Positions 35,831-50,955 are shown, counted from the stretch's first letter. The stretch is 64,000 nt of DNA from Coraliomargarita sp. (GCA_965216325.1 OZ244160.1:1376001-1440000); one strand, 5' to 3'. The notes: generated by a model not told the origin, from the sequence alone. Translations and numbers: made by a program.

Positions 35831-36424
35831 CTATTCCCCAGTCCGCTTCCGAAACAGCACGACCTCCTCAGAACCAACCGGACGACTCGGGTAAGTCTGC
35901 TGAGGAACGAAACGCTCCACCACTTCAAAGCTTACACCGAACAATTGCTCGATTGCTTGCTCTGATATAGGGTGCGGCGGCCCGTCGCCCGCATAATCAC
36001 TGACTTCACGATAGAAAATGGCCAGCAGCAGGCCATTCGGCTTCAGCGCAGCGTTGGCAGCCTCGGCATAAGACCTGCGCAGCTCAGGGTCTAGCGCGCA
36101 CAAACAAGTATGCTCGACCAGCCAATCAAACTTCCCAAGTAAACTCTCCGGTAAATTCAGAAAATCGCCACACGCATAGCGTTCACCGCCAACTTGAGGT
36201 CGCTCCGCAGCCAAGCGCACGGCCGCTGGCGCAATATCCAAACCAAGCACGTCAGCCCCCCGCTCCGCTAGCAGACGTACATCGTGGCCACACCCACAAC
36301 CAGGCACGAGCACCGAACCCTTGATTTCGCCACGCGCAAGAAATTCTCTCAACGGCGGTGCAGCCTCCCCCTTATCCCAAGGCGTGTCGTCCATCTCATA
36401 TGCAGCATTCCAGTCTTTAGCCAT
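35831..36424 (-). CDS. thiopurine S-methyltransferase-family SAM methyltransferase
   Basis: [29 protein letters not shown] motifs; ATG at 36424. Confidence 0.88.
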   Translation of the reverse strand: MAKDWNAAYEMDDTPWDKGEAAPPLREFLARGEIKGSVLVPGCGCGHDVRLLAERGADVLGLDIAPAAVRLAAERPQVGGERYACGDFLNLPESLLGKFDWLVEHTCLCALDPELRRSYAEAANAALKPNGLLLAIFYREVSDYAGDGPPHPISEQAIEQLFGVSFEVVERFVPQQTYPSRPVGSEEVVLFRKRTGE

Positions 36425-36508
36425 GACGCCAAAGTGACTGGCGTGGCACACAACACAAACCGGAATGTCTTTATTGCCGAACAACTCAAAAGCCGTTGCA
36501 ATCGCGCC

Positions 36509-38032
36509 ATGCCCGAGGAATCGCTCACTCGCACCCTACGACAGGAAATCCTGCTTGCACGCCACAATATCTATGAGGTGGGCAAAACCACGCCCTTGCA
36601 ACAGATCGCACTCGACGGCCTGTCGCTATTCGTCAAACGCGAAGACATTTCCCCGATTAACGCCTACAAATGGCGCGGAGCTTACAACCGAATGGCACAT
36701 CTGAGCCAAGAGGAACTCGAACGTGGCGTCGTTACCGCATCCGCAGGCAATCACGCACAAGGCGTGGCCCTCGCAGCCCGCAAGCTGGGCACCCAAGCGA
36801 CCATCTTCATGCCCTTGGCCACACCACGCATGAAACAAGTCGCCGTTAACAAGCATGGTGGGGAGCATGTCGACATTCAACTGATCGGTGACACCTACGA
36901 TGCAGCCAGTGCCGCTGCTCACGCCTGCGCACAAGAACAGGGCAAGACCTACATTCACGCCTATGATGACATGGCAGTCATGGCAGGCCAAGGCACCCTC
37001 GCGGACGAAATTGTCATGTCTGGCAAGGGCCCCTTCGATGTTGCCTTCTTACAAGTTGGTGGAGGTGGACTCGCAGGCGCGACCGCAACCTGGCTCAAAC
37101 TCAATTACCCGGGCATTCACATCATCGGCGTCGAAGGCGAGGGACAGGCCTCAATGATGGCTGCGATTGACGCCGGCCATCCGGTACAACTCGACAAGGT
37201 CGACATCTTCTGCGACGGCACTGCCGTGCGTAAAGTCGGTGACCTGACCTACCAAATTTGCAAGGAAGTGATCGACGAGTGGATGACTGTGTCGAACGAC
37301 GAAGTCTCCGCAGCCGTGCAATTCCTTTGGGAAAAGCTGCGCTGCATCCCTGAACCCTCGGGAGCAATGGGCATCGCCGCAGTCCTGCAGCGCCGCCCCG
37401 AACTGGCAGGCAAGCGCGTGCTGACCGTCGTCTGCGGGGCAAATATGGACTTCGAGCAACTCGCCACAATCTCTCGACGTGCCGCTGTTGGTGCCGCTCG
37501 TCGACGCTACCTGCGCATTGCGATCCCCGAAGTCAGCGGCGCAATGTATCGCCTACTCGAGTCATTACCGGACACCGTGAGCATCGCCGACTTCCAGTAT
37601 GGAAAAACACATGCCAGCGACGCACATCCGGTGATCGGTTTCGATGTCGACCCGATGCAATTCGACGTATTGAAGAAAGCACTACGCGACGGCGACTTTG
37701 AATTCAGCGATGTCACCTCCGATACCGATGTCGCCTTCCGAATGATTAATTATGAAGCCGGCCTAATCAGCCATCCCTACTTCATTACCCTGGAATTTCA
37801 CGAACGCCCCGGCGCACTCGCGGAATTCCTGAGCGCTGTCAGCCCACACTCCAATCTCTGCTATTTCAACTATGTCTATACCGGTGAACGCGTAGGTCGT
37901 GCTCTACTAGGCTTTGAGTTCGATCAACAACAGGACAACACAGCCTTCACTGGAGTCCTCGAATCCGCAAGCCATGCCTATCGCGCCTACGAGCGTGTAT
38001 CCGACGAAGTCATGCAACGCATCATCAGCTAA
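36509..38032 (+). CDS. ilvA: threonine ammonia-lyase (biosynthetic)
   Basis: [26 protein letters not shown] motifs, two C-terminal ACT-like regulatory domains; ATG at 36509. Confidence 0.92.
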   Translation: MPEESLTRTLRQEILLARHNIYEVGKTTPLQQIALDGLSLFVKREDISPINAYKWRGAYNRMAHLSQEELERGVVTASAGNHAQGVALAARKLGTQATIFMPLATPRMKQVAVNKHGGEHVDIQLIGDTYDAASAAAHACAQEQGKTYIHAYDDMAVMAGQGTLADEIVMSGKGPFDVAFLQVGGGGLAGATATWLKLNYPGIHIIGVEGEGQASMMAAIDAGHPVQLDKVDIFCDGTAVRKVGDLTYQICKEVIDEWMTVSNDEVSAAVQFLWEKLRCIPEPSGAMGIAAVLQRRPELAGKRVLTVVCGANMDFEQLATISRRAAVGAARRRYLRIAIPEVSGAMYRLLESLPDTVSIADFQYGKTHASDAHPVIGFDVDPMQFDVLKKALRDGDFEFSDVTSDTDVAFRMINYEAGLISHPYFITLEFHERPGALAEFLSAVSPHSNLCYFNYVYTGERVGRALLGFEFDQQQDNTAFTGVLESASHAYRAYERVSDEVMQRIIS

Positions 38033-38105
38033 AAAAGTAGAAGCGGCATCTTGCCGCTTCAGCCACGATCTAATCCAACGCGGCAAGATGCCGCCTCTAC
38101 TTTTT
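38031..38105. repeat. REP doublet (GTAGAAGCGGCATCTTGCCGC family)
   Basis: Inverted pair AAGTAGAAGCGGCATCTTGCCGC ... GCGGCAAGATGCCGCCTCTACTT; singlets near 33651 and 59452. Confidence 0.8.
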
Positions 38106-38107
38106 AA

Positions 38108-39055
38108 ATGGACACATACGAGTTAATCTTCGCAGCGATTCTCCCCATCTTCATCACCATTCTGTGCGGCTATGGTGCGCGTAAGATCGGCTGGCTCGAC
38201 ATCAATGCCGATCGCAGCTTGATGCGAATCGTCGTCAATATCCTCTATCCCTGCCTGATCTTTACCTTTGTGCTGGGCAACGATGCCTTGCGCGAACCGG
38301 GCAACCTCATTCTGCCACCACTCGCCGGACTTTGCACGATTGTTGGTGGTTTCGGGCTCGCAATGGTCGTCGCGCGCAAATTGCAAATCGGCAACCCAAA
38401 GGAATGCCGCACCTTCGCCTTCACTTCGGGCATTTACAATTACGGCTATTTCGCGATCCCCATCATCACGCTTCTGTTTGACCGTGAAACCACCGGTGTA
38501 CTCTTGGTCTTCAACGTCGGCGTCGAAATCGCAATGTGGACACTTGGCGTCGGCTTCATCCTCTCTCCGAGCGACCCGAAGACTATTTGGCGGCGCATCT
38601 TCAGCGGACCGGTCATCGCAATCCTGATCGCCGTCCCGCTCAACTTCATCGGCGCACAAGAGCGCATGCCGCACTTCCTTTACGAAGCCATCAACCTTCT
38701 CGGCCAATGTGCAATCCCAATGGCGCTACTGCTAATCGGTGCAACCTTCGCCGACATCGCCCACAAGGAGACCATCTTTACCCGTATCAAAATTCCCATT
38801 ACAGCATCCGTACTACGCCTAGCAATCATACCCGCGCTGATGCTAGTGTTTGCATGGACGCTCCCCTTCTCCACCGAACTCAAGCGAGTACTTATCGTTC
38901 AGGCTGCCATGCCCTGCGGAGTCTTCCCGATCGTGTTGGCACGCTACTTCGACGGCTCACCGGAAGTCGCCTTCAAAGTCGTGTTTGGCACCACAGTGCT
39001 CAGTTTCATTACCATGCCACTCTGGATCGCCTTCGGCACATCCATCATTGGCTAG
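38108..39055 (+). CDS. AEC (auxin efflux carrier) family transporter
   Basis: Multi-[25 protein letters not shown] motifs. Confidence 0.88.
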   Translation: MDTYELIFAAILPIFITILCGYGARKIGWLDINADRSLMRIVVNILYPCLIFTFVLGNDALREPGNLILPPLAGLCTIVGGFGLAMVVARKLQIGNPKECRTFAFTSGIYNYGYFAIPIITLLFDRETTGVLLVFNVGVEIAMWTLGVGFILSPSDPKTIWRRIFSGPVIAILIAVPLNFIGAQERMPHFLYEAINLLGQCAIPMALLLIGATFADIAHKETIFTRIKIPITASVLRLAIIPALMLVFAWTLPFSTELKRVLIVQAAMPCGVFPIVLARYFDGSPEVAFKVVFGTTVLSFITMPLWIAFGTSIIG

Positions 39056-39063
39056 TTCGGCAT

Positions 39064-40107
39064 TTAATCCTTACGCAGACCGGACTCGACTTCATCCTGC
39101 TCGATCGAAGCCTCCCGCTCGCTGAGCTCATCCAAGCGGGCAACCAGAGAATCTTCGACCTCACTGACGTAACGTGAGCGACGCTCCAAATCTTTGGCAG
39201 CCTGTTCGAGCTCCTTGGCGCGCTGGGCAAGACGCTCCGCCTTCTGCCCTTCATCATTAGATGCTGCCAAATCTTTCAACTCTGCCAACTCAAACTTCTG
39301 CCGAGCCACCACATCACGATCACGCCTCTGCTGAGAGCGCAACTCCTCAAGTTCGCGCTCCTTATCCTTCAACTCAGACTCTTTCCGCCTGAGCATACCA
39401 GGATCCTCCCCGCTCAACTCACGCGCTGAAGCACTCGTTTGCTTCGACAAATCTTCACGCAACTGATCCAGCTCCGCCTGCGAGCGCTCAACCGAATTCA
39501 AGCGTTCGACCACTAAATCCTCCGCCTCCTTCAAGGATGCGCTGCGCTGGCTCAATTCCGAACGCTCCTGGTCCAACTGCTCACGTTCCTGCGTTACCGA
39601 CTTCTCGAGTTCCGCTAACTGAGCCTGCCGCTCCTGCATTTGCCGCTGCTCTGATTTCGTCAAACGACGCCCAGTGCCTCTGCGTTGCCGCATTCGGGCG
39701 GTGTTTTGCATAAAATAAGGGACAATAATAGAAGCCCAGAGATGCTGCTCCAATTGGTTCAGGCTTCGAGACTTCCCATCGTCGCCCTCCAGCACTACAT
39801 ACTTTTCATCAACTGCTTTGATTCGGGCGGGGTCATTCAATGCACCAACGATCAAATTCTTCGACGCCAACAGCACCTTTGTCGGCGGCACAATGCTATA
39901 CAATGCGACAAACACGACCGAAACGCCGATCAATAGAAAGGCCAATACAGCCACGAAGAAGCGCTCAAAAAGCATATAAAGCACCAAACTTCCGCCAAAG
40001 GAGAAGACTCCAACTAAGAGCGCGGCGACACTTACACACTTCGCGGAATGCCGCTCGTAAAAGCGATCAACTCGATGAAGCAACTCTGCTTGTGCGGAAG
40101 AGGACAT
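39064..40107 (-). CDS. membrane-anchored coiled-coil hypothetical protein
   Basis: Two N-terminal TM helices, long E/R/Q-rich heptad region. Confidence 0.75.
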   Translation of the reverse strand: MSSSAQAELLHRVDRFYERHSAKCVSVAALLVGVFSFGGSLVLYMLFERFFVAVLAFLLIGVSVVFVALYSIVPPTKVLLASKNLIVGALNDPARIKAVDEKYVVLEGDDGKSRSLNQLEQHLWASIIVPYFMQNTARMRQRRGTGRRLTKSEQRQMQERQAQLAELEKSVTQEREQLDQERSELSQRSASLKEAEDLVVERLNSVERSQAELDQLREDLSKQTSASARELSGEDPGMLRRKESELKDKERELEELRSQQRRDRDVVARQKFELAELKDLAASNDEGQKAERLAQRAKELEQAAKDLERRSRYVSEVEDSLVARLDELSEREASIEQDEVESGLRKD

Positions 40108-40246
40108 TTCAGTCAGTTAGAGGATCGGATGAATCTATAGAGTTAGATAATTCCCTCTAAAACTTCCAGTTTTATTCGCGCTATTTATCCAGCACCCAAA
40201 GCTTTGCATTTGAACCAACTCACAGACTGCATTTCACTCGTAGTCT

Positions 40247-41074
40247 TTGAATTTCATAAAAGCCATGCTTCACACCAGCGCCATCTATTTGCTGATCGGA
40301 ATCGGACTCGCCTACCTTGGGTTGAATGCCTACGCCTACATATTTGCGCATAGCCAGATTTTTCCGAAGATCGAGCCCAGCTACAGCAAAGACTCCAGCA
40401 TTTTCATGCTAGAAAGTGATGATGGGGCACATATCGCGGCCTATTACCTCAAAGCCAGCCCACCAAAGGGAACAGAGCGCCTGCTCATTTATTGCCATGG
40501 CAACGGTGAAGATATCGGACACTGCCGTGAGTGGCTTGAGAGTTTCCAGCATGTTGGCATTTCAGCACTCGCCTATGATTATCCCGGCTATGGCTTGAGC
40601 TCAGGAACCGCATCCGAGCACGGGTGCTTTGCCGCCACTAAAGCCGCCTATCAACATGCCATCGATCAGCTCGGCTATGCTCCCGAGCAAATCATTCTGT
40701 ATGGTCGCTCCCTGGGAGGTGGCCCCGCTTGCTGGCTTGCCGAACACTATCCAGTTGGCTGCATAATTCTGGACGGCACCTTCACCTCGACCTTCCGCAT
40801 TGTCACCAAGCGAAAACTTCTGCTTTGGGATACCTTCGATAATCTCGCTCGACTACCTAAAATCGAGGCTCCGATTTTAGTGCTACACGGCACAATAGAT
40901 CTCACCGTTCCGTTCAGCCATGCCGAACGCAACTATGCCGCGATCCAAAGCCCAAAGGCCAAACTCTGGGTCGAAGATGCAGGGCATAACGATTTAATCA
41001 GCATTGCGGGAAAACGCTACTGGGACACCCTGCTTGGTTTTATAGACACACACATTCACCACCCCAAAAGGTAG
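40247..41074 (+). CDS. alpha/beta hydrolase (ABHD17-like)
   Basis: CHGNGEDIG, YDYPGYG, GRSLG, HGTID, AGHND motifs. Confidence 0.92.
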   Translation: MNFIKAMLHTSAIYLLIGIGLAYLGLNAYAYIFAHSQIFPKIEPSYSKDSSIFMLESDDGAHIAAYYLKASPPKGTERLLIYCHGNGEDIGHCREWLESFQHVGISALAYDYPGYGLSSGTASEHGCFAATKAAYQHAIDQLGYAPEQIILYGRSLGGGPACWLAEHYPVGCIILDGTFTSTFRIVTKRKLLLWDTFDNLARLPKIEAPILVLHGTIDLTVPFSHAERNYAAIQSPKAKLWVEDAGHNDLISIAGKRYWDTLLGFIDTHIHHPKR

Positions 41075-41187
41075 GACAGCCACACCGGGACTGCCGTTCG
41101 CCGGTTAAACTCCAAAAATCAATCACTGCATCAGTCAGCAATTTCCATCAAAGCTGTAAGCGGTCGCCTCAGCGAGGTGCCCCACCC
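41071..41187. repeat. degenerate GTAG-type REP pair
   Basis: GTAGGACAGCC..GACTGCCGTTCGCC and GTAAGCGGTCGCCTCAGCGAGG, similar to copies at 58106 and 15035. Confidence 0.55.
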
Positions 41188-41201
41188 AATCAGCCTAAGG
41201 T

Positions 41202-41753
41202 ATGAAACGCGCCCTAATCATTTTACATCCAGGCTTCGAGGAGATCGAAGCCATCACCCCGATTGACTTGCTGTCTCGCGCAGGAGTCGAAATTACACAG
41301 GCCTATGTGGGCAACAGTGCTCTGGTAGAAGGCCGCAGCGGAATCCACGTGCAGGCACAGCAACCACTGCATGCGGTGCTTCATCAGGATTTTGACGCAG
41401 TCCTCTTACCCGGTGGCCCTGGCATCAATGCCATCCGCAAGCACCCAGACATCTGCTCCCTCCTCAAAAAACAGCATGCAGCAAAGCAGCTAATTGGCTG
41501 CATTTGTGCAGCACCACTCCTACTATTAGACAGCGACCTAATCAGCGGCCTCCGCTATGCCTGCCATCCAGCCGCAGCCCAAGAGCTTCCCAACAGTTCG
41601 ACTCAGGCCTGTGTCGCGGATGGTAACATCATCACCTCGCGTGGCGCAGGCACCGCGACCCAGTTTGCACTATGCTTAGTTGAGGCACTCTGCGATCACG
41701 CGACCGCCAGCGCGATCGCCGAATCTATTTGCTGGGAAACAGGCACACTTTAA
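41202..41753 (+). CDS. DJ-1/PfpI (YajL-like) family protein
   Basis: GFEEIE, LPGG, ICAAP, ITSRGAGT motifs. Confidence 0.92.
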   Translation: MKRALIILHPGFEEIEAITPIDLLSRAGVEITQAYVGNSALVEGRSGIHVQAQQPLHAVLHQDFDAVLLPGGPGINAIRKHPDICSLLKKQHAAKQLIGCICAAPLLLLDSDLISGLRYACHPAAAQELPNSSTQACVADGNIITSRGAGTATQFALCLVEALCDHATASAIAESICWETGTL

Positions 41754-41763
41754 GACTCCAAAC

Positions 41764-43227
41764 ATGCCAAAGAGCCCAGAAGACAGACAACTGAATGCTC
41801 GCGATAAATTACTTCGCGATAGCTTTACTCCTGCAGAGTTGTTGGTGTTTGGAACATTCGTTCTCTGTTCAATAGTCAGCTTTTGGCTAGCAAGTCCACG
41901 CTCCTACTGGGTGCTTGGCATCTTCATCATCGCAGGGGCATTCATACCGGTAGTCTTCAAAACACATGAGCAAACCCATCCCTTCTTTGTAGATCTACTA
42001 TGGCGAAGGGTTTGGCTACTAAGCACACCACTAATCTATGTCATTGCGACCTATTGCATTGGACTCCTGCAATCACCTTTTGATTCCATACTGATCGACG
42101 GACAAAGCCATCAGACCTTAGCCATCATCGATACTTGGCGCCCAACTACTGCTGGATTCAAGCAAACATGGATCGCCCTGCTCGGTTTCTGCGGGATGTA
42201 TTTTGTGACGACTAGTGCATTTATCGTTCCCAAATCCAGAGCCTTCTTTGAACGTACCCTACCCTGGCTTTGCTTTACCGCGGCGTTAGTCTGTACATTT
42301 GGGTTCATTCAGGAATCTATCGGCTTAGAACAAGCCCTATTCACGACAGGAACCGGGCATGATGACTTCTTCGCCTTTTTCCCCTACGACGGCCACTGGG
42401 CGGCCTTTGCACTCCTATGGTGCTACGCATGCCTGGCAATGGCCATGCTGCAAAACCGCTACGAGGACACCCGCAGCTTCGTAGAATCTACGGGCCCCTG
42501 GTATCTCAGTGGTGCTTGCCTCCTCGGTTTTTCCGGCCTGACAGTCGAGGCAAAATGGCCGGCGACGATTCTACTCTTAGGCTTCTGCATCGGCTGCCTC
42601 ATCTTCACTTTGAACATCGTCACTGGCGCAAAAAACAAATACCGCCTAGGCGTCGCAGCGGCAGGGCTTCTGCTAGCCGCTGCCGCCGGTGCGTCCGGGA
42701 TCTCACGACTGCGCAGCGTGAACCCCTATGCAACTGAAGCCGAAAACTTACGCCAAGCGGCATTCGACCTCTTCCTCGACAATCCACTTTTTGGCTGGGG
42801 CATGGATAGCTTCGCAAAACTTGCACCCTACTATACGGACGATCGCTTACTCAACCAACCGCACGAGCGTGCATGTTCCGACGTGTTCCAGGCTCTTGCA
42901 GAGCTTGGCGTCATCGGCACAGCCTTGGTTCCACTCATTTGCGCAGGTCTACTCATCCGCTATATCCTTGGCGGCAAATCGATCCGGCTGACAAATCACC
43001 TGATTCTCGGTTGCCTCGGCCTGGTACTACTCGCGTTTCTCGACAGCCCCTTCATGTCGCCGCCAGTCTTCCTTAGCTTCTTTATACTTTTCTTTAGCGC
43101 ACTACGCTGGGCGGACCTGTCACGCCACAAGGTCGACGAAGTCGACGCCAAGGTCGCGCTTGTCACTCACGAACGCCATCGTCAGGTTCCCTTTACCACC
43201 AATCCTAAGCCCGACAAATTCAAATAG
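41764..43227 (+). CDS. O-antigen ligase-like membrane protein
   Basis: Multi-TM; DNPLFGWGMDSF and LAELGVIG motifs; ATG at 41764. Confidence 0.75.
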   Translation: MPKSPEDRQLNARDKLLRDSFTPAELLVFGTFVLCSIVSFWLASPRSYWVLGIFIIAGAFIPVVFKTHEQTHPFFVDLLWRRVWLLSTPLIYVIATYCIGLLQSPFDSILIDGQSHQTLAIIDTWRPTTAGFKQTWIALLGFCGMYFVTTSAFIVPKSRAFFERTLPWLCFTAALVCTFGFIQESIGLEQALFTTGTGHDDFFAFFPYDGHWAAFALLWCYACLAMAMLQNRYEDTRSFVESTGPWYLSGACLLGFSGLTVEAKWPATILLLGFCIGCLIFTLNIVTGAKNKYRLGVAAAGLLLAAAAGASGISRLRSVNPYATEAENLRQAAFDLFLDNPLFGWGMDSFAKLAPYYTDDRLLNQPHERACSDVFQALAELGVIGTALVPLICAGLLIRYILGGKSIRLTNHLILGCLGLVLLAFLDSPFMSPPVFLSFFILFFSALRWADLSRHKVDEVDAKVALVTHERHRQVPFTTNPKPDKFK

Positions 43228-43235
43228 CTCAGATC

Positions 43236-44615
43236 ATGACACCAGAACATTTCGACTACATCGTCATCGGCGGCGGCAGCGGCGGCTATGCCGCGGCCCG
43301 CACGGCACGTGAAACGCTCAATCGCGTCGCCATCGTCGACAATGCCCCCGAGCTCGGCGGCCTGTGCATCCTCCGCGGCTGCATGCCCTCCAAGACCTTG
43401 ATCTATTCCGCGGAGGTGCTCCACCTCGCCCAACAGGGTAGCACCTTCGGCCTCAACATTCCCAGCGCATCGGTCGACATGCCGGCACTGCACCAGCGCA
43501 AGCTGGAGATTATCAAGGAATTTGCCGACTACCGCCAGGGCCAGCTGCAGAGCGACCGCTTCACGCTCTTCCGTAACCGTGCGCGCTTCATCAACTCGCG
43601 TACCATCGAGCTCGACAACGGCACACGCTTGACTGCCGACAACTTTATGATCGCCACAGGGTCGGTAGTATCCGAACCCTCGATACCCGGACTGGCAGAT
43701 GTGTCCTACTGGACCAGTGACGACGTACTGGAACTCGATTTTTCTCCCGAAAAGGTCATCGTCCTCGGCGGCGGCATCGTTGCCTGCGAACTAACACAAT
43801 TCCTAAGCCGCACCGGTACCGAAGTCATTCAAGTGCAGCGCAGCCCTCACATTCTCAAGGAGGTTTCGCCTGAGGCAGCAGCAGTCATCGAGCAAAAATT
43901 CCGCGCCGAAGGTGTGCAGCTTTACACCGACACACAATTACTGAGTGTCGAGCAACAAAACGGCAGCTTCACGGTGAAGTTTAAGCAAAACGGCCAAGTC
44001 CACACTATCAGCGCGCCACACTTATTGAATGCCCTGGGCCGCCGCCCGGCAACGAACGGGCTTGGCCTGACTGCCGCAGGCATCAGCACCCTTCCGAGCG
44101 GACACATTAATTGCAACGCCATGCAGCGCACCAGCAATCCGCGCGTCTACGCCTGCGGCGATGTAGCCGGTCCTCACGAGATCGTCCACGTCGCCATCAT
44201 GCAGGGCGAAACCGCCGCCAAACATGCGACCGGACGCCCCGCCGAACGCGTTGACTACGACACTCTGTGCGGCATCGTCTTCACCGATCCGCAAGTCGCC
44301 CACGTTGGCCTCAGTGAAGCTCAGCTCAAAGAGCGCGGCATCGACTATCTGAGCGCCGACTACCCATTCGACGACCACGGCAAATCCATTCTGATGGAAG
44401 CCAAATACGGCTATGTCAAAGTGCTCGCCGACAAAACCGGCACCGTCCTCGGCGCCGAGTGCGTCGGCAAGGATGCAGGTGAACTCATCCACTCAATGGC
44501 CGTCGCGGTGAGCCTCAAGGCCCACGTCCGCGATCTGCTCAAAGTCCACTGGTATCACCCAACCCTGTCCGAGATCTGGACCTACCCGATCGAAGACATC
44601 GCCGACGAGCTTTAA
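43236..44615 (+). CDS. pyridine nucleotide-disulfide oxidoreductase (dihydrolipoyl dehydrogenase family)
   Basis: IGGGSGG, GGLCILRGCMPSK, ATGS, FTDPQ, HPTLSE motifs. Confidence 0.9.
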   Translation: MTPEHFDYIVIGGGSGGYAAARTARETLNRVAIVDNAPELGGLCILRGCMPSKTLIYSAEVLHLAQQGSTFGLNIPSASVDMPALHQRKLEIIKEFADYRQGQLQSDRFTLFRNRARFINSRTIELDNGTRLTADNFMIATGSVVSEPSIPGLADVSYWTSDDVLELDFSPEKVIVLGGGIVACELTQFLSRTGTEVIQVQRSPHILKEVSPEAAAVIEQKFRAEGVQLYTDTQLLSVEQQNGSFTVKFKQNGQVHTISAPHLLNALGRRPATNGLGLTAAGISTLPSGHINCNAMQRTSNPRVYACGDVAGPHEIVHVAIMQGETAAKHATGRPAERVDYDTLCGIVFTDPQVAHVGLSEAQLKERGIDYLSADYPFDDHGKSILMEAKYGYVKVLADKTGTVLGAECVGKDAGELIHSMAVAVSLKAHVRDLLKVHWYHPTLSEIWTYPIEDIADEL

Positions 44616-44630
44616 GCTGTATAAAAAATA

Positions 44631-44706
44631 GCCCACGAATTACATGAATCATCACAAATACAAACAGTCGCCGTAAGATTCGTGCTCATTCGTGTAATTC
44701 GCGGGC
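44631..44706. repeat. inverted repeat built of CACGAAT/ATTCGTG units
   Basis: GCCCACGAATTACATGAAT ... ATTCGTGCTCATTCGTGTAATTCGCGGGC between convergent genes. Confidence 0.7.
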
Positions 44707-44727
44707 AGAAATTCAAACCAACTCCCC

Positions 44728-45831
44728 TCACCAAATACCACGCTCGCCCTTCTTCAGGGAACGTGCCACGGCAACCAAAAGTTTGACGGTATTCTCAATG
44801 TCCTCGAGATCCACCATCTCACTCGGTGTGTGCATGTAACGCAGCGGAATTGAAATCAAACCAGTCGCAATGCCGGACTGGGCCACTTGAATCGCACGCG
44901 CATCGGTGCCCGTAGGACGTGGATCGGCTTCGAGCTGATACGGAATCTTGTTCGTCTCAGCCGCTTCGACAATCTTATCAAAAATGACCGGATTAATGTT
45001 CGGCCCACGGCACACAATCGGACCACCACCTTGCACAAACTTACCATACTTGCGCGGATCGCAATCCGGCGAATCCGTGGCATGGCCCACATCCACCGCA
45101 ATCGCGAAGTCGGGATTCTCTGAGAACGCCGCAGTCATCGCGCCACGCGTGCCGATTTCCTCCTGGGTTGTTGCAGCCGCAGTCACACGTGCAGCAAGCT
45201 TACCTTTGCTCAAACGGCGCACCGCTTCCAAAACCGCATAGGCGCCAGCCTTATCATCGAAGGCACGGGCCACGCCCACACTGCCACGGATCAGTTCAAA
45301 ACTTTGATCATACACTGCAGGGTCACCAATACGCACCAGCGCTTCGGCCTCTTCCTTCGACTTCACACCGAGATCGATCCAGATCTCGTGAGTGTCCGGC
45401 ACCTTCTTGCGGTCTTCCGGGCTCATCAAGTGGATCGCTCGTTTACCAGTGACCCCCTTCACTACACCGTTGTTAGTCAAAATGGAAACACGACGACCAG
45501 AGATCATGCTCTTATCATGGCCACCGAGCGTATCAAAATAGAGGAAGCCCTTGTCGTTGATGTAGGTAATGATCAAACCGAGCTCATCGATATGCCCCGC
45601 GAATAGGATGGATGGATCACCGTCCGGGTTCACTGTCGCAAAGCGGTTGCCCATCGTGTCCTTGCGATACTCGTCGACCACTGGCTCTACATGCTTATCC
45701 ACGACAGCTTGCGCCTCATACTCATGGCCGGTTGGCGAGCGCGCATCGAGCAAGTCGACGAGAAATTCCGGGGCTTGGTAGGCCTTGGCGACCTTGCGAG
45801 TAGCTTTCTTGGCAGTCTTCTTTTTAGGCAT
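44728..45831 (-). CDS. M42 family metallopeptidase
   Basis: GHIDELG, AFDDKAG, QEEIG, AVDV, GTDA, RYMHTP motifs. Confidence 0.93.
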   Translation of the reverse strand: MPKKKTAKKATRKVAKAYQAPEFLVDLLDARSPTGHEYEAQAVVDKHVEPVVDEYRKDTMGNRFATVNPDGDPSILFAGHIDELGLIITYINDKGFLYFDTLGGHDKSMISGRRVSILTNNGVVKGVTGKRAIHLMSPEDRKKVPDTHEIWIDLGVKSKEEAEALVRIGDPAVYDQSFELIRGSVGVARAFDDKAGAYAVLEAVRRLSKGKLAARVTAAATTQEEIGTRGAMTAAFSENPDFAIAVDVGHATDSPDCDPRKYGKFVQGGGPIVCRGPNINPVIFDKIVEAAETNKIPYQLEADPRPTGTDARAIQVAQSGIATGLISIPLRYMHTPSEMVDLEDIENTVKLLVAVARSLKKGERGIW

Positions 45832-45893
45832 GACTAATGGCTTAGAGTAAAGCCCTACGAATTACACTCATTTTCACACGTAATTCTGGAGCC

Positions 45894-45974
45894 TGGAGGG
45901 CAATGCTCCGCCATTGCCACGAATCAAGCCCCAGTCAATCACTCCGAATGGCAACGGCCGAGCCTTGCCTTCCA
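45894..45974. repeat. REP doublet (TGGAGGGCAATGCTCCG family), copy 1
   Basis: TGGAGGGCAATGCTCCGCCATTGCC ... GGCAACGGCCGAGCCTTGCCTTCCA. Confidence 0.8.
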
Positions 45975-45977
45975 AGA

Positions 45978-46910
<933 letters not shown>

Positions 46911-46970
46911 TGGGCATACAGACGTTATGGTTATAGGTAGCGCAGCACCGTCCCCAGTGCGCACCGGGCA

Positions 46971-47894
<924 letters not shown>

Positions 47895-47933
47895 GCTGCT
47901 CCGGCCTCTGGCATCCGCTCTCTGTCCGTTGAA

Positions 47934-49085
<1,152 letters not shown>

Positions 49086-49112
49086 GCTAGGAATCGGTGT
49101 GTATAATAAAAA

Positions 49113-50780
49113 CTACTGGCCTTTCTTGGCCCAAGAGTCACGCAGCCCAACCGTGCGGTTGAAGACTGGCGCACCGGGTTCCGACAATTTACTGTCGGGA
49201 CAGAAATAGCCCATGCGTTCGAATTGACAGGTGGTGCCGATTGGTAGGTCAGCAAGACTTGGTTCGCAGAGAGCAGTCGTTTCAGTCAACGAATCCGGGT
49301 TTACGAATTCGGTAAAGTTTTTGTCCTTATCCGCCTCCGGCTTCTCAACAGAGAAGAGGCGGTCAAACAAACGCACCGGAGCCTTCAACGCATGATCAGC
49401 GCTCACCCAGTGAATCACCCCCTTCACTTTGCGGTCTTCCGGGTTTTTATTGAGTGTATCCAGATCCACACTACAGAGCAGCTTGGTGATAGTGCCATCT
49501 GCATCCTTGATGCACTCATCGCACTTGATGATATACGCGTAGCGCAGGCGCACCTCGCCGCCCTTCTTGAGACGGAAGAACTTGCGGTTAGCCTCCTCGC
49601 GGAAGTCTTCCTGCTCGATGAAGATGCGCTTGCCGAATGGAATCTTGCGGGTGCCGGCAGACTCGTCTTCCGGATTGTTCACGCCATCGACTTCGATCAC
49701 TTCATCCTCAGGCCAATTCGTCAGCTCGATCTCAAGCGGGTTGAGCACCGCCATACGGCGGTCGGCCACACGATTCAGTTCGTCGCGCACCGAGTGCTCC
49801 AACAGAGCAATATCACTGGTGGACGGCACCTTGGTGATCCCAACGGTCGCACAGAAATTACGGATTGCCGCAGCCGGATAACCACGACGACGCATACCGG
49901 AAAGCGTTGGCATACGCGGATCATCCCAGCCTTCAACAAAGTCGCCCTCAACGAGCTCGCGTAACTTGCGCTTACTGACCACGCAGTAAGTCATGTTCAG
50001 ACGGGCAAATTCAGTTTGCTTGGACGGGAAGATGTCGAGCTTCTCGATGAACCAATCGTAGAGCGGACGGTGGTCTTCGAATTCCAGCGAGCAAAGGGAA
50101 TGCGTGATGCCCTCCAGCGAGTCACTTTGGCCGTGCGTAAAGTCATAGCTCGGATAGATTGGCCATGCGTCCCCCACACGGTGGTGGTGCATACGCTTGA
50201 TCCGATACATCACCGGGTCGCGCATGTTCATGTTCGGGTGCGTCATGTCGATTTTGGCACGCAGCACCTTGGCGCCGTCATCAAACTCACCCGCGCGCAT
50301 GCGCTTGAACAGATCCAAGCTCTCCTCGACTGGACGGTCGCGATACGGGCTGTTCTTGCCCGGCTCCGTCAACGAGCCGCGGTATTCACGCATTTCCTCA
50401 AAACTCAGGTCGTCGACATAGGCATCGCCCGACTCAATCAACTGGCAGGCCCAGTCGAACAGCTGCTCGAAATAATCGCTGGCAAAGCAGATCTTCTCCC
50501 AGTCATAGCCCAGCCAGGAGATGTCCTCCTGAATCGCCTGCACGAATTCGTCGCTCTCCTTCTCAGGATTGGTGTCGTCGAAGCGCAGGTTGCACTTGCC
50601 GCCGAATTCTTTGGCGATCTCGAAATTCAGGCAGATCGCCTTCGCGTGACCAATCTGCAAATACCCGTTCGGCTCAGGCGGGAAGCGGGTATGCACACGC
50701 CCATCGTGCTTACCGGCAGCAACGTCGGCAGCCACCATCTGGCGGATAAAATCGGTCGGCGAATCTTTAGCGTCTGACAT
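49113..50780 (-). CDS. glnS: glutamine--tRNA ligase
   Basis: [35 protein letters not shown] motifs. Confidence 0.97.
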   Translation of the reverse strand: MSDAKDSPTDFIRQMVAADVAAGKHDGRVHTRFPPEPNGYLQIGHAKAICLNFEIAKEFGGKCNLRFDDTNPEKESDEFVQAIQEDISWLGYDWEKICFASDYFEQLFDWACQLIESGDAYVDDLSFEEMREYRGSLTEPGKNSPYRDRPVEESLDLFKRMRAGEFDDGAKVLRAKIDMTHPNMNMRDPVMYRIKRMHHHRVGDAWPIYPSYDFTHGQSDSLEGITHSLCSLEFEDHRPLYDWFIEKLDIFPSKQTEFARLNMTYCVVSKRKLRELVEGDFVEGWDDPRMPTLSGMRRRGYPAAAIRNFCATVGITKVPSTSDIALLEHSVRDELNRVADRRMAVLNPLEIELTNWPEDEVIEVDGVNNPEDESAGTRKIPFGKRIFIEQEDFREEANRKFFRLKKGGEVRLRYAYIIKCDECIKDADGTITKLLCSVDLDTLNKNPEDRKVKGVIHWVSADHALKAPVRLFDRLFSVEKPEADKDKNFTEFVNPDSLTETTALCEPSLADLPIGTTCQFERMGYFCPDSKLSEPGAPVFNRTVGLRDSWAKKGQ

Positions 50781-50955
50781 AAGCGGGACAGGAAAAGCCA
50801 GACTGCCCGCTTTCGCCAGTGAAAAATGAACACATCCAGCAGATGCGGGAGCTTTCCACCCGATGCCAAGAACGAAAATTCGTAGGGCCTCTGCTTGCAG
50901 AGCGCCCCAACCGGAGAAGCTCTACAAACTAAGGCATCGTGTAAACACGAGCCCT

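Noticed and set aside
36284..36508. N-terminal extension of ilvA
   Set aside because: Overlaps the divergent methyltransferase gene; ATG 36509 fits the family
43236..44615. Mercuric reductase MerA
   Set aside because: No C-terminal Cys-Cys pair or mer genes; has the HPTLSE motif of the lipoamide dehydrogenase type
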